DNA from: Acidobacteriota bacterium
GTDB taxonomy: Bacteria; Acidobacteriota; UBA6911; RPQK01; JAJDTT01
DNA: 64,000 bases
Assembly: GCA_965209055.1 (NCBI GenBank)
Contig: OZ242374.1
Span: 3,552,001 to 3,616,000 of the forward strand
Direction of reading: 5' to 3'
This document shows, in pieces, positions 1 through 10,545 of the stretch. Made by a program: the position numbers and the translations under genes. The notes beneath the pieces were generated by a model. It saw nothing but the letters and a program-made list of their open reading frames with translations. It did not search any database and was not told the origin of the DNA. The stretch's first letter is position 1. Each line of letters starts with the position of its first letter.

Positions 1-1653
1 GTGAACGCCGAGAAATTCACGGCCACGCGGCGCTGGATTCGCCGGCCGGATCGAATTGCCGACGACGTATTCGGCAACCCCACCGTACGCGCGACCATGC
101 ACGCCGCCAGCAACTGGGACAACGTCACCGGCCCCTCCGGTCCGGAGGATCCGGACCTGTCGCTGATTTCCTTTCAAGCGTTGGACGGCCGCCCGATCGC
201 GGTGCTGGCCAACTTTTCCATGCACTACTTTTCGGGCGAGCAGGGCCTCAGCGCGGACTACTTCGGATTGTTCTGCGAAGGGCTGAAGTCCCATCTTGGC
301 AACGACCATGCCGACAGCGATCCTCCCTTCGTCGGGATCATGTCGCACGGCTGTAGCGGAGATATCTGGCGGCGCGACTACGCAAAACCCCAGGCCTCCA
401 GGTATGAGCCTACGATCGAAGGTTACTCGGCGGAGATGGTGGACCTCGTCCTCGGTGCCTATGGCACGATCGAATATCGCGAGGATCCGGACTTGGCCAT
501 GGCCGAGAAGCGACTGGAACTCAAGTATCGCGTCCCGGACGGACAGCGCCTGGAGTGGGCCCGCCGGATGGTCGAAGCGATGGGAGACCGGATCCCCAAA
601 GTGAGCGTGGAAGCCTACGCTCGTGAGCAAATCGTCATGCACGAACGGCAGTCGACCGAAATCGTGGTCCAGGCCGTCCGCATCGGCGACATCGCAGTCG
701 CAACGACTCCCACCGAAACCTATGCCCTCACCGGCTTGAAGCTGAAGCTGCAGAGCCCGCTGCCGAAGACCATGGTCATGGACTTGACCAACGGCGGGGA
801 TGGCTACATTCCGCCACCCGAACAGCATTTTCTCGGAGGCTACAACACGTGGGCGAAACGCGGGGCCGGACTGGAGATCGAGGCCGAGCCGAAAATCACC
901 GAAGTCGCCCTCCAGTTGTTGGAAACAGTGGCCGCCAGACCCCGGCGTCCGTACCGACAGAGCCGAGGTCCCGCCTTCGACCTCCTCCTGAAGGCCGGAC
1001 CCGCGGCCTATTGGAGACTCGATGAATTCACCGGTTCACGGGCCCTGGATTCGTCCGGCCGGGATCGTGACGCGCTGTACGAGCCGGGCGTCGCGTTCTT
1101 CCTCGAGGGTCCGCGCTCGGAGGCTTACTGCCGGGACAATGAGCAGAATCGAGCGGCCCACTTTGCCGGAGGACGGCTGCGTGCGCGAATTGCCGGTCTG
1201 GGCGACCGGTACTCCGTGGCCCTCTGGTTCTGGAATGGGATGCCGACGGATGCACGCGAGGTCAGCGGCTGGATGTTCTCACGGGGGCGGGACCATGGCC
1301 TGGAAGGGGACCACCTCGGCCTGGGAGGCACGAGTCATGCGGGTAAGCTTGTCGTCCTCCGCGGTGAGAACGGAGGGGGAGGAAAGCTGGTGGCGGGTCG
1401 GACGGAGATTCGGCGCTGGACTTGGAATCAGGTTGTGTTCATACGCGACGGTGAAACCGTACGGGTTCATTTGAATGGAGGGCGCCAGCCCGAGATCGAG
1501 ACCGAGTCAACCGCAGGTTTTCCCGTCCCGTTCGACCAGTTTTTCTTCGGCGGCCGCTGCGACAATCGGTCCAATTGGGAAGGCCGTCTCGACGAGGTCG
1601 CGGTGTTCGACCGGGCCCTGTCGGCGGAAGAGATCGAGCAGATGGCTCGTTGA
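1..1653 (+). CDS. Neutral/alkaline ceramidase-like hydrolase fused to C-terminal LamG/ConA-like domain (5' truncated by window)
   Basis: ANFSMHY, GYIPPPEQHFLGGY motifs of ceramidase-like family; C-terminal AYWRLDE...GRLDEVAVFDRALSAEEI LamG signature. Confidence 0.7.
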   Translation: MNAEKFTATRRWIRRPDRIADDVFGNPTVRATMHAASNWDNVTGPSGPEDPDLSLISFQALDGRPIAVLANFSMHYFSGEQGLSADYFGLFCEGLKSHLGNDHADSDPPFVGIMSHGCSGDIWRRDYAKPQASRYEPTIEGYSAEMVDLVLGAYGTIEYREDPDLAMAEKRLELKYRVPDGQRLEWARRMVEAMGDRIPKVSVEAYAREQIVMHERQSTEIVVQAVRIGDIAVATTPTETYALTGLKLKLQSPLPKTMVMDLTNGGDGYIPPPEQHFLGGYNTWAKRGAGLEIEAEPKITEVALQLLETVAARPRRPYRQSRGPAFDLLLKAGPAAYWRLDEFTGSRALDSSGRDRDALYEPGVAFFLEGPRSEAYCRDNEQNRAAHFAGGRLRARIAGLGDRYSVALWFWNGMPTDAREVSGWMFSRGRDHGLEGDHLGLGGTSHAGKLVVLRGENGGGGKLVAGRTEIRRWTWNQVVFIRDGETVRVHLNGGRQPEIETESTAGFPVPFDQFFFGGRCDNRSNWEGRLDEVAVFDRALSAEEIEQMAR

Positions 1654-1737
1654 CCGCCGAGCCTTTACTCCTGCACCCGTTGGAAGGCGGGAAGCTTGGC
1701 CTTGTCCGGATGTAATTTCAATTGAATGGGTTTTCCA

Positions 1738-3291
1738 ATGAACCAGACAAGAAGAGAGTTCCTGCAATCTGCGGCGCTGGGGTTCACGGCCCTGGCTCCC
1801 TTGACTTCCTGCGCCGGCAAGCAAGGGAGGCAGACCTTGATCGACGTCGGCTCGCGGCGCGAGCTGTTTGTCGACGACTTTCTCATTGAACGGTTTGAGG
1901 GGAAGGCCGAAACGAGGCTGCACCACCCCATTCCGCGTGAGATCGCACTTGTCCACGATGCGCCTTGGGAAGGCACCAGCAGTGGTTATCATACCGTTTT
2001 TCAGGATGGCGACCTCTACCGGATGTACTATCGCGGGTCACAGCTCGAGGTGAAAGACGGCCGACTCATCACGAATCGCCACAAAACGGTCTATTGCTAC
2101 GCGGAGAGCCGGGACGGAATCGTTTGGAAGAAACCGGTCCTGGGCCGGTTTGAGTTCAACGGGTCGAAGCAGAACAACATCGTGTGGGACGGTGTGGGCA
2201 CTCACAACTTCACACCGTTCAAGGACACTCGCCCGAACTGTCCTGCCGAGGCCCTCTACAAGGGGCTGGGAGGGCTCCGAGGAGAAGGCGGCCTGTTCGC
2301 ATTCAAGTCGCCTGACGGTATCCATTGGTCGCTGATGAGCGACACCCCGGTCATTACCAACGGAGCGTTCGATTCCCAGAATCTGGCTTTCTGGGATCCG
2401 GCACTTGGGAAGTACCGGGCTTACTGGCGGACTTTCACGCAGGGGACCACGACGGAAAAGGTCTGGAAGCCGGCCGGCCACCGAGCCATCCGCACGGGAT
2501 CATCCAGCGACTTCCTCAACTGGGGTGACGAAGCCGACCTGACCTACGAGGACTCGCCCGACGAGCATCTCTACACGAATCAGGTCAAACCCTACTACCG
2601 GGCGCCGCACATCCTGATCGGCTTTCCGGTGCGTTATATCGAACGTGGCTGGTCCGATTCGATGCGTGCCTTGCCGGAGCGTGAACACCGCGAAATGCGA
2701 GCCGAGGCCAACCTGCGATACGGGACGGCGATCACGGAAGCGCTGCTCATGGCCAGCCGCGACGGCGTGAGATTCAAACGGTGGAACGAAGCCTTCCTGC
2801 GTCCCGGAATCGAGCGGCAGGACACCTGGAACTACAGCCAGCAGTTCACGGCTTGGCATGTCGTCGAAACCAGGTCGGAACTCAAGGGAGCGCCGAACGA
2901 ACTGTCCCTGTACGCGAAGGAGGGCGGCTGGACCGGGACCAGTTGTGCGATGCGGCGTTACACGCTTCGCCTCGACGGCTTCGTCTCGGTGAGCGCCCCC
3001 ATGAGTGGCGGTGTACTGGCGACGAAACCGCTGACCTTTTCGGGACGGGAACTTCGCCTGAATTTCGCCACCTCCGCCGCTGGAAGTATCCGCGTCGCAC
3101 TGCGGCGTCCCGACGGATCGCCGATACCGGGATACTCAATGGCGGACTGCAATGAAGTCTTCGGTGACACGCTTGACCGTGCCGTCACCTGGAAATCGGG
3201 CAGCAATGCCGGCAGGTTGGCCGGAAAGCCGGTTCGGCTCCACTTCCAATTGAAAGATGCGGATCTGTATGCGTTTCAGTTTGTGGCTTGA
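1738..3291 (+). CDS. Tat-exported (lipo)protein, uncharacterised beta-propeller glycoside-hydrolase-like family
   Basis: TRREFL Tat motif then LTSC lipobox; repeated S-x-DG-x-x-W motifs; C-terminus LRLDGFVSV...DLYAFQF. Confidence 0.7.
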   Translation: MNQTRREFLQSAALGFTALAPLTSCAGKQGRQTLIDVGSRRELFVDDFLIERFEGKAETRLHHPIPREIALVHDAPWEGTSSGYHTVFQDGDLYRMYYRGSQLEVKDGRLITNRHKTVYCYAESRDGIVWKKPVLGRFEFNGSKQNNIVWDGVGTHNFTPFKDTRPNCPAEALYKGLGGLRGEGGLFAFKSPDGIHWSLMSDTPVITNGAFDSQNLAFWDPALGKYRAYWRTFTQGTTTEKVWKPAGHRAIRTGSSSDFLNWGDEADLTYEDSPDEHLYTNQVKPYYRAPHILIGFPVRYIERGWSDSMRALPEREHREMRAEANLRYGTAITEALLMASRDGVRFKRWNEAFLRPGIERQDTWNYSQQFTAWHVVETRSELKGAPNELSLYAKEGGWTGTSCAMRRYTLRLDGFVSVSAPMSGGVLATKPLTFSGRELRLNFATSAAGSIRVALRRPDGSPIPGYSMADCNEVFGDTLDRAVTWKSGSNAGRLAGKPVRLHFQLKDADLYAFQFVA

Positions 3292-3309
3292 CGCGCCCCA
3301 TTCGCTCGA

Positions 3310-4389
3310 TCACGGCGTTTGTTTTTCCAGGCGCCATCCCGACCCGTCGGCGCTGAGGGCCCGGTGACCCCGGTAGCGGTCGTTCACGGCGTGCATTTCC
3401 TCGATGCTGTCAAAGTAGCCGACGATGAAGGCGGCGCTGAAGGATTCTCCGGCCTTGATCGGCCGGCCCCCGATCTCATGGATGAAGATCACGATCCCGG
3501 GCCGCTGGTTGCACCACGATTCGTAGACGACGGATGGTTCGAGTGTGATGCCTGCCAGCCACGGACCCTGTTGGCCCGTTTTCGGATCGCGCAAGCGGTA
3601 GGCGCGGATGAAATGCTCCGGCATTTCGTGCGTGTCTCGCCGGTAGTTGAATTTCTCGTCGGGCGGGAAGACGTCGTAGAACTCGCTGGGCGGGATCCGC
3701 AACCCTTCCGGACCCCCCAGGTAACTGAGATAGATCTCGCTGAAGGTCTCGCCGCGCCGGTGGCGGACACAGCCCGGCATGTCGATGCGGAGGAACATTT
3801 CGTCCGAGTCGTTGACGCTGTCGATCCGGTCCATCGAGAAGAAGTAGCGCTTGCCTTGCGGGAACACCAGTAGCTGAGTCCATTTCGATCCGGCGTTGTA
3901 GCCGGGGGCGGCGTACTCGTAGCGGTAGGTCGTCTTTACGGCGACGAAATCTCTGCCCCGGATGACCTGGGGTTGGACCGGCTTCATCCTGTGGCAGAGC
4001 TGGGGCCCCTCGAGGATGCGCTTGGCCCGCTTCCCGTGATTGTCGTTGTTGTAGCGGTAAGGAACCGTCTCCGTCCCTTGCTCCTGCCAGGCCGCGTCGC
4101 TGCCGGGCTCCATGATCCAGTCCACGATGCAAAGTCCGTCGCCGGCTTCGCGAAAGCCGGTGCTCTTGTCGAGAAACGATCCCTTTTCGATGCCGGTCAT
4201 CCATTGCTTGGGGTTCTTCTTGGGGATGACGGCTTCGAGCTGGTTGGTCTCGATCCTGATGGTGGTGTCGTCTTCGGTAATCCGCGCCCACGGCGTCTGG
4301 CCCGCCGGCTCGGCCGGCAGCGTTCCGGCGCCGGCCAGCGCCATGAGGGTCAGCGCAATCAACGGTTGAGATGAGCGATGGGTTGGCAT
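3310..4389 (-). CDS. Secreted hypothetical protein
   Basis: 359-aa ORF with signal peptide (LIALTLMALAGA); GAGGGA RBS before ATG 4389. Confidence 0.75.
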   Translation of the reverse strand: MPTHRSSQPLIALTLMALAGAGTLPAEPAGQTPWARITEDDTTIRIETNQLEAVIPKKNPKQWMTGIEKGSFLDKSTGFREAGDGLCIVDWIMEPGSDAAWQEQGTETVPYRYNNDNHGKRAKRILEGPQLCHRMKPVQPQVIRGRDFVAVKTTYRYEYAAPGYNAGSKWTQLLVFPQGKRYFFSMDRIDSVNDSDEMFLRIDMPGCVRHRRGETFSEIYLSYLGGPEGLRIPPSEFYDVFPPDEKFNYRRDTHEMPEHFIRAYRLRDPKTGQQGPWLAGITLEPSVVYESWCNQRPGIVIFIHEIGGRPIKAGESFSAAFIVGYFDSIEEMHAVNDRYRGHRALSADGSGWRLEKQTP

Positions 4390-4460
4390 GGATGTTTCCC
4401 TCGTCGATCGGTCAGGTTGAGACGTCCCGGTTGGAATTGATCCCGAAGTCGAAGTCCCTT

Positions 4461-6137
4461 TCACTGCCTGAACTGAAAGGCGTAAAGGTCGGTATCATTC
4501 ATGACGAACCGGAGTTTGACCGGCTTTCCGGAGAGGCGACTCACGTCCGACTCCCGGCGCCAGGTGACAATCCGGTTCATCTCGTTGGTGGTGTGAATGC
4601 GGTCACAGTCCGCCAGTCGAAAACCTTCCAGGGGATTGTCGAACTCGTCCAGTATTTCCACCCGGAGCGTGCCCAATGCTGAGGTGTCGACGTTCAAGGC
4701 CAACTCACTACCCTCAAATGTCAGGACGGGGGTGGTGAACTGCCCTCCCGGATACGATGCTCGAACCGAGATGAACCCGTCCCTGCGCAGGACCAGCCGG
4801 CTGAGGGCTCGAATGTTGCGAATCGGACCCAGCCCCTCCCTTCGAACCGCTTCGCCTTGAGGCTGAAAGCCCCAGGCATGGATCTGATCGCTGCCGCTGT
4901 AGTACATGTACATCTCGCGCCCGTTGAGAGCGGGAACCAGCCCGAGAATCATGTAGTTGGACTTGGAATCGAATTCGCCCTTCATACCCAGGTCCACAAA
5001 GGCGCGGCGGTCGTACCGCTGCCATTCAATGCCATCCCGACTCGCTGCGAAACGGATGTCCAATGGTCCGGTGTTGGCCGCCGTCTGACCTTCCCGGGGC
5101 ATGGTCTCTCCCTGCTTGTCCCAGAAAGATTCAAAGTCGAAGACCGAATCGTTTTCGAATTCGCGGAGGAACCTGCTGTGGTAGTGGTAATAGGCCGAGG
5201 GGAACATGTAGTAGGCATCCTGGGCCCAGGGATACTTCACCGTGGCGTTCGTATACAGATCCATGACCTGGACGTTGCGGTCTTCCCTCGAATCGTAGTG
5301 GTGGGGATCCAGGTGATCCACAGCCAGGACGACAGGGGTCGCTTCGGCATTCAAGAACCGTTCGAGACGGCCCGATTCGCTGCGGGCCACGGCCCTGCCC
5401 TGGGATCCGGGAGGACGCAGGTTTCGCCGGATGTAGGCCACATACTTGTGGATGCGGTCATCCCAGAAGATCACATTTTGGGTATCCAGGTGGTGCTTTT
5501 TCGACTCGAAAACGATGACCGATTTGCGGGTGAGGCTCCAGTGGATTCCGTCTGGCGAAGAAAACAGGTGCAGGGCGGAAGCGGGGAGCGCAGGTGGGTT
5601 CCTGACGTAAGCGAGCTGGCGAAATCGCTCTTCGTCAACTGCGTTGGGGTCCAGAAACACGGAGGTGGCAATGAGTTGCTCCTCGAAGCCACCGGCACCG
5701 TAGCCAAGAACGATGTTGTTCTCCTTGCTTCCGAAGATCTCGGCCAGACCCAGCATGGGCTTTTCCCAGCGAATCCCGTCCCGGGAGCGGGCATAAGCCA
5801 GACTCTGAAACCTCCCTTTGTTCCACATCGGTTCGCCGGTGTCGGGATCCCTCTGCTTGGGAGCCCTGGCGCCGTACCAGAGGTGATACACATCTCCGAT
5901 TTTGATGACGGTGGAGGAGCCGGAAATCACGGTTTCCCAGGGGTGTTCCGGCGCAATCGTGAGCTCGTTGGTCTTGATCGGCTGGTGAACGACCAACTCG
6001 ACGCCCTCCGAGACCTCCAGGAAGCGCCCGTCGATGAACACCTGTCTTCGGCCGGCGACATCCAGCGGGTCGCTCTGGGCAGGCAGTGCCGTCGGAACCG
6101 TCAGCATGCCCAGCAGCGCAAACCAGATTGCTCGCAT
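4461..6137 (-). CDS. Secreted beta-propeller glycoside-hydrolase-like protein, paralogue of 1738..3291
   Basis: AAGGAGG RBS, signal peptide, YARSRDGIRWEKP, LDTQN, LRRDGFISV, DLYAFQF. Confidence 0.75.
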   Translation of the reverse strand: MRAIWFALLGMLTVPTALPAQSDPLDVAGRRQVFIDGRFLEVSEGVELVVHQPIKTNELTIAPEHPWETVISGSSTVIKIGDVYHLWYGARAPKQRDPDTGEPMWNKGRFQSLAYARSRDGIRWEKPMLGLAEIFGSKENNIVLGYGAGGFEEQLIATSVFLDPNAVDEERFRQLAYVRNPPALPASALHLFSSPDGIHWSLTRKSVIVFESKKHHLDTQNVIFWDDRIHKYVAYIRRNLRPPGSQGRAVARSESGRLERFLNAEATPVVLAVDHLDPHHYDSREDRNVQVMDLYTNATVKYPWAQDAYYMFPSAYYHYHSRFLREFENDSVFDFESFWDKQGETMPREGQTAANTGPLDIRFAASRDGIEWQRYDRRAFVDLGMKGEFDSKSNYMILGLVPALNGREMYMYYSGSDQIHAWGFQPQGEAVRREGLGPIRNIRALSRLVLRRDGFISVRASYPGGQFTTPVLTFEGSELALNVDTSALGTLRVEILDEFDNPLEGFRLADCDRIHTTNEMNRIVTWRRESDVSRLSGKPVKLRFVMNDTDLYAFQFRQ

Positions 6138-6185
6138 TCCAAGCCTCCTTCCAATCCAAGGTTGGCAAACCTTGCGGGGCCCACC

Positions 6186-6227
6186 AAAAAAGCCGGCCGT
6201 CAAGCCTGACAGCCGGCTTTCTTTTTT
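6186..6227 (-). terminator. Intrinsic (possibly bidirectional) terminator after the TonB receptor gene
   Basis: AAAAAAGCCGGC-CGTCA-AGCC-TGACA-GCCGGCTTTCTTTTTT hairpin with A/T tracts on both sides. Confidence 0.75.
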
Positions 6228-6248
6228 CCGGTTGCAACCGGGCCCGGT

Positions 6249-9200
6249 TCAGAAAATGAACTTCACACCGAACTGGACGATTCGCGGGCCCGAGGAGAAG
6301 CCCTGGGTCCCGAACCCGCTGCTTCTGGGGTTGGTATTGACCGCGTTGCGGTGGGCGCCCCAGAAGTAGTGCGAATTCAAGAGATTATAGGCTTCCAACC
6401 GAAACTGGGCGTGAAACCGCTCCCCGATGTAAGTGTTCTTGATAAGAGTCAAACCGACGTCCGTAGGCCCCTGATCCCGAACCCCGGAAAGACGAAAGGG
6501 AAAGCTGCGCAGATTGTAGGCAGGCTGTTTGGCCGCGCTCGTCTCAAACCCGGCATTCTGGTTGAACATTCGAGTCGCTTGATGCTGGCTGACCGGAATG
6601 TTCTTGATGTTGCCCCGGAAAATAATATTCCCCCAATTCATGGGGATTCCACTCTGCGCGAACCCAATGAAGGTCGCACTCCACCCGCTGATCAGGTAAC
6701 CGGCAACGCCCGAGTTTGGTCCAAAGCGCTGGCCCTTGCCGAAGGGGAAGGTGAAGGTGCCCGCAAAGCGAAGGACGTGGGGACGGTCGTTGATGCCGAT
6801 CGCCCTTTCCGGCCCCGGGTCAATACCGAATCCATTGAGGTATTGCAGCTCCTCCATGGTCTTGCCCCAGGTGTAGCTGCTCTGGATGTCCCAGCCCCCA
6901 AGGTCCTGGGCCCGGAATTCGACCTGCATAGCGTTGTAGTCAGTCGAGCCCACCTTGTCGGCCCAGGAGCGAAGCCCGGTGATATGGGGATAGGGACGCA
7001 GCAGAGACTGCCGTTGGATGGTCGACGACACTCCCAGAGAGCCACCCACACCTTCGACACCCTGGAACGGATTCGGGACCCGCTCCGTCATGTAGTCGAT
7101 ATGGGTCTGATCCCGCTCGATCGACCGGGTCAAGTATTGCCCCGGCAGCCGGTTATGGTCGTTGTTGGCAATGCCGAAGTCCCTGGTTCGATTCCCCACA
7201 TAGCGCACCTCCAGGGTGGCATTGGGCGACAATCTGCGCTGGATGCCCAACTGAAACTGGTGGGCATAGGGATTTGTGGTACTCCGATCGAGACCGTGGT
7301 TCATCCAGATGAGCTGGCCCAGATTGGTCTTCAGTCCATCGCTGGACCCCCTGGGTTGGTTCAAGCCATTGGGGAAGAGATCGTCCAGAGTGCCGGTAAA
7401 GGTCAAGCCGGCATCGGTGCTGGAAAAGGCGAATGTGCTGGTGTCGAATCCGGCAATGGGAAAACGGGCCGCGAAGTGACGCTGGTTCAGGGGAATGAAC
7501 GTACGGGAGTAGCCGCCTTTCAGGACCGTGTGGTCATTCAAGCGGTAGGCCGCGCCGGTCCGCGGAGAAAAGTTGTTGTTGTCGGAATCGTAGACGGTGC
7601 GCGGTTCTCCATCGACTCCGGCGAAGATCACGCCTCCCATCAGACGAAACTGATCCACTGGGATTTCCTGAATCGGATTCTTGGCATAATTTGCCTGGAC
7701 CGCTGCCGAGATCGGATTCTCCACGTCGGCCGCCCATCGCGCGAGAGCCTGGTCATGCATCTCGGTGGGGGGACCTTCGCGCTCCCACCGGAGGCCGAGG
7801 TTCAAGGTGAGTCGGGGCGTGACCTTCCAGTCGTCCTGGAGATAGATTCCGGTATAGGTGGAATAATTCGCATAATCCGCGCGTACGTTCCGGTTGGTGG
7901 AGGAGTGGAGGCCCAACAGAAAGTCTGCCAGACCGTGGCCCCGCGGCGGGGGCGGCGAGTTGTCGAAGGGCCCACTGGTAAATTGACCGGTGAAGAAAGT
8001 TCGGGCTTGATCGCTTCGAACGGAGTTGTAGACATAGCCCCGCCAATCGGCTCCGAACCTGAAACTGTGGTTCCCCGAAATCTTGGTGAAGTGGGCGGAA
8101 GCGCTTCGAATCTCGTCGACCTGCAGGCCCGGATCGAAATTGGTGAACCCGTTGTGGCCACCGGGAATGTTGCTCAGTTTGGGGTAGCCGGTGATTGAAA
8201 CATAGGGAAAACCGGTGAACTCGACGTCAACAAACTCGGCCATATTGGTGGGGAGGTCCGCCCAGGTCAGTCCCCCCGCATTGTTCCGGGACCTCGACGT
8301 ATGCCGATTGTTCGTGGCGCGAAAATCAGCCACGAAAGTGGGGTCGATGGTCCAGACGTCGCCGATCGAGAAATTCCAAATCTGGTGTCGCGTACCGTGC
8401 ACGTCGACGCAGTCGCAGCCCGGACCTCCCGGGTGGTTGTCGAACATGGTCCACCCGCTGGAAGGACCGTCTGAATTGAGATACCTGCCGAACAAGGTGT
8501 GGGATTCGTTCAAGTCATGGTCGATTCGAAGCACCGTGTGCCGGTCCGTTCGGGGCAGCGGGGTATAGCCCTTGTCGTAAAGATAGTTGCGAAAGCCGTC
8601 CGGACTCGCCCCACTCGAATTGTTGGGGGCGAGGAAGAACTCGAGGAGGGGCGCCGCAATCGGGTGGATGCGGCTGGATGGAATGACATTGTTGGGGAAG
8701 GGTTGGCGCTCCACTCGCCCCTCCGCGTTCAGAACCCCGGTCATTGGATCGTAGAGCTGATACTCCGGATCCAGTGCCAGCAGGTCCGAAAAGTCGCCGG
8801 ACTTGTGCGCCGCTCTGGGTACGGTTGCCTGAGAGTCGCCGAACCTGACCTGTTCCCAATGGGTCCAGCCCAGAAAGAAGAAGGTCTTGTTCTTGATCAC
8901 CGGACCTCCTCCGGTAAAACCGTAGCGCTTGTAGGGGAAACTGCTTCGCTCCTGTCCCGCCCGGTTGCGGACCCAACTGTTGGCGTTGAACATGTCATGG
9001 CGCCCGAAGTAAAAGGCCTCGCCGTGATAGTCATTGGTGCCCGTCTTCATGATGACGTCAATGGTCGTGCTGCCGGTATGCCCCACACTGGCATCGAAGG
9101 TCGTGGTCTGGATGCGCACTTCCTTCACCAGTTCCGTGGTCGCATTGAAGGAAACGGCGCCCCCGTCGACCGCGTTGTTCCGCTGCGTATTGGGAGTTCC

Positions 9201-9818
9201 GTCCATCGTGAACTCGGCAGTTCCCGTGGGCATTCCGTTGAACCGGACCAGACCTGACCCGGCCCGCTGATAGGGCTCCTGGTTCATGCTGAAGTTGCCA
9301 TACCCCGCGGCGGAGTCGGCCGAGGGTGAAAGCAGGAACAGATAAGTGGGATTTCCCTGGCCGATGGGCAGCGAAGTCAGCGGCTTCTGCCCGAAGGCGA
9401 CGCCCAGATCGGCATCCGCCGACTGGAGCAGCGCGCGATCGGAGGTCACCGTCACGCTGTCTTCGACCTCCCCGACTTCGAGACTGAGGTCGATCCGCAC
9501 CCGCTCGTTGCTGGCGACGGGAATGTCCTCGACGACAGCGGTCTTGAAGCCCGCCAGTGCGGCCTCAATCCGGTACTGGCCGGGGAGCAGTCCCGGAGCC
9601 TCGTAGTAGCCGCTGTCGCTGGTAATCGTATTGTGGCCAATGTTGGTGGATTGATTGATGACCCTCACCTCGGCTCCGGGGACACTGGCGCCGCTCGCGT
9701 CGACGACCAGGCCCGAGATGATGGCCCGATGTCCCTGAGCCAACAACGCCGAGCCGGCGCCCGTCAGGCCAATCAAACAGATTGCGATCACGGTCCTGTA
9801 ATTTACGGCCCACATCAC
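6249..9818 (-). CDS. TonB-dependent receptor, Acidobacteria type with carboxypeptidase-regulatory-like N-domain
   Basis: 1189 aa; ISGLVVDASGASVPGA N-domain, YLQDDWKVTPRLTLNLGLRWE, C-terminal PRIVQFGVKFIF; GGAGGAGG RBS. Confidence 0.92.
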   Translation of the reverse strand: MMWAVNYRTVIAICLIGLTGAGSALLAQGHRAIISGLVVDASGASVPGAEVRVINQSTNIGHNTITSDSGYYEAPGLLPGQYRIEAALAGFKTAVVEDIPVASNERVRIDLSLEVGEVEDSVTVTSDRALLQSADADLGVAFGQKPLTSLPIGQGNPTYLFLLSPSADSAAGYGNFSMNQEPYQRAGSGLVRFNGMPTGTAEFTMDGTPNTQRNNAVDGGAVSFNATTELVKEVRIQTTTFDASVGHTGSTTIDVIMKTGTNDYHGEAFYFGRHDMFNANSWVRNRAGQERSSFPYKRYGFTGGGPVIKNKTFFFLGWTHWEQVRFGDSQATVPRAAHKSGDFSDLLALDPEYQLYDPMTGVLNAEGRVERQPFPNNVIPSSRIHPIAAPLLEFFLAPNNSSGASPDGFRNYLYDKGYTPLPRTDRHTVLRIDHDLNESHTLFGRYLNSDGPSSGWTMFDNHPGGPGCDCVDVHGTRHQIWNFSIGDVWTIDPTFVADFRATNNRHTSRSRNNAGGLTWADLPTNMAEFVDVEFTGFPYVSITGYPKLSNIPGGHNGFTNFDPGLQVDEIRSASAHFTKISGNHSFRFGADWRGYVYNSVRSDQARTFFTGQFTSGPFDNSPPPPRGHGLADFLLGLHSSTNRNVRADYANYSTYTGIYLQDDWKVTPRLTLNLGLRWEREGPPTEMHDQALARWAADVENPISAAVQANYAKNPIQEIPVDQFRLMGGVIFAGVDGEPRTVYDSDNNNFSPRTGAAYRLNDHTVLKGGYSRTFIPLNQRHFAARFPIAGFDTSTFAFSSTDAGLTFTGTLDDLFPNGLNQPRGSSDGLKTNLGQLIWMNHGLDRSTTNPYAHQFQLGIQRRLSPNATLEVRYVGNRTRDFGIANNDHNRLPGQYLTRSIERDQTHIDYMTERVPNPFQGVEGVGGSLGVSSTIQRQSLLRPYPHITGLRSWADKVGSTDYNAMQVEFRAQDLGGWDIQSSYTWGKTMEELQYLNGFGIDPGPERAIGINDRPHVLRFAGTFTFPFGKGQRFGPNSGVAGYLISGWSATFIGFAQSGIPMNWGNIIFRGNIKNIPVSQHQATRMFNQNAGFETSAAKQPAYNLRSFPFRLSGVRDQGPTDVGLTLIKNTYIGERFHAQFRLEAYNLLNSHYFWGAHRNAVNTNPRSSGFGTQGFSSGPRIVQFGVKFIF

Positions 9819-9917
9819 GACCTCCTCCCGTTGGCGGATAAAATTGTCGGCCTGGATGGCAAGATCACGCTTTTAGAAAAACTCAGTCAAAACCAGCCGG
9901 TTTTTTCCCTGTTTTTT

Positions 9918-10078
9918 CTGTCCGTGGTGAAAGTCGCGTGTAGCACCGAGACTGGGGCTGCATCCCGCCGGACAAGACGTAAGGAGGGAACGTACTCAAC
10001 CGTATGTGACCGAGGAGCAACGCAGTTCGTGGGGATGCAGCCCCGGTCGAGTGCCGTGGCGATTATTACCACGGGCAG
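9918..10078. mobile_element. 161-bp MITE-like nested palindrome
   Basis: Outer IR CTGTCCGTGGTGAAAGTCGC / GCGATTATTACCACGGGCAG (16/20); inner IR GACTGGGGCTGCATCCC / GGGATGCAGCCCCGGTC (16/17). Confidence 0.6.
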
Positions 10079-10133
10079 TTGGAAGAGAAATTGCTAGGTT
10101 ACTAGCAGTGTCCTAAACCTTGCCCTGAAGTAT

Positions 10134-10149
10134 AGCAAGATTGGTGCCA
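10134..10149 (-). promoter_or_regulatory. Sigma54 (-24/-12) promoter facing the TonB receptor
   Basis: Minus strand TGGCAC-CAATC-TTGCT is an exact match to TGGCAC-N5-TTGCW, in an AT-rich intergenic region. Confidence 0.7.
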
Positions 10150-10545
10150 TTTTGCTCTAGAAGCGTACCAAGTGCAGTCAGCTTCGTACTTGTGTCAACC
10201 GGACAGCGGTCGCAAGCAACCGCGAGAATCCATAAATGTGGATTGCCAAGAGGCCAAAAAAGGCAAACAATCAAGAATTTGGATTTATCGGGTGCTCTTG
10301 CCACCCGTCCTATTCGCCTGTGGCGAAAGTCCGGAAGAGTCCGTCCGGCGAAAAGACCTCTGACACAATCAGATGGATTTTTCTGTTGCAACTGCAACGA
10401 GCCTTGGAATATTTGATGTACAATTTCCCACCGGGATCCGATGCCGGGCAGGGATGTCCGGCTGCGAGGATGCTTCGTCTTCATGTCGGAGGCGGGGCGG
10501 ATCCGGGTCGGCGACTCCATCCGTAAGCTGTAACCGAGGAAGACC

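Noticed and set aside
9819-10122. Cobalamin or TPP riboswitch before the TonB receptor
   Set aside because: Conserved aptamer motifs not found; the structure is better explained by an IR-bounded element
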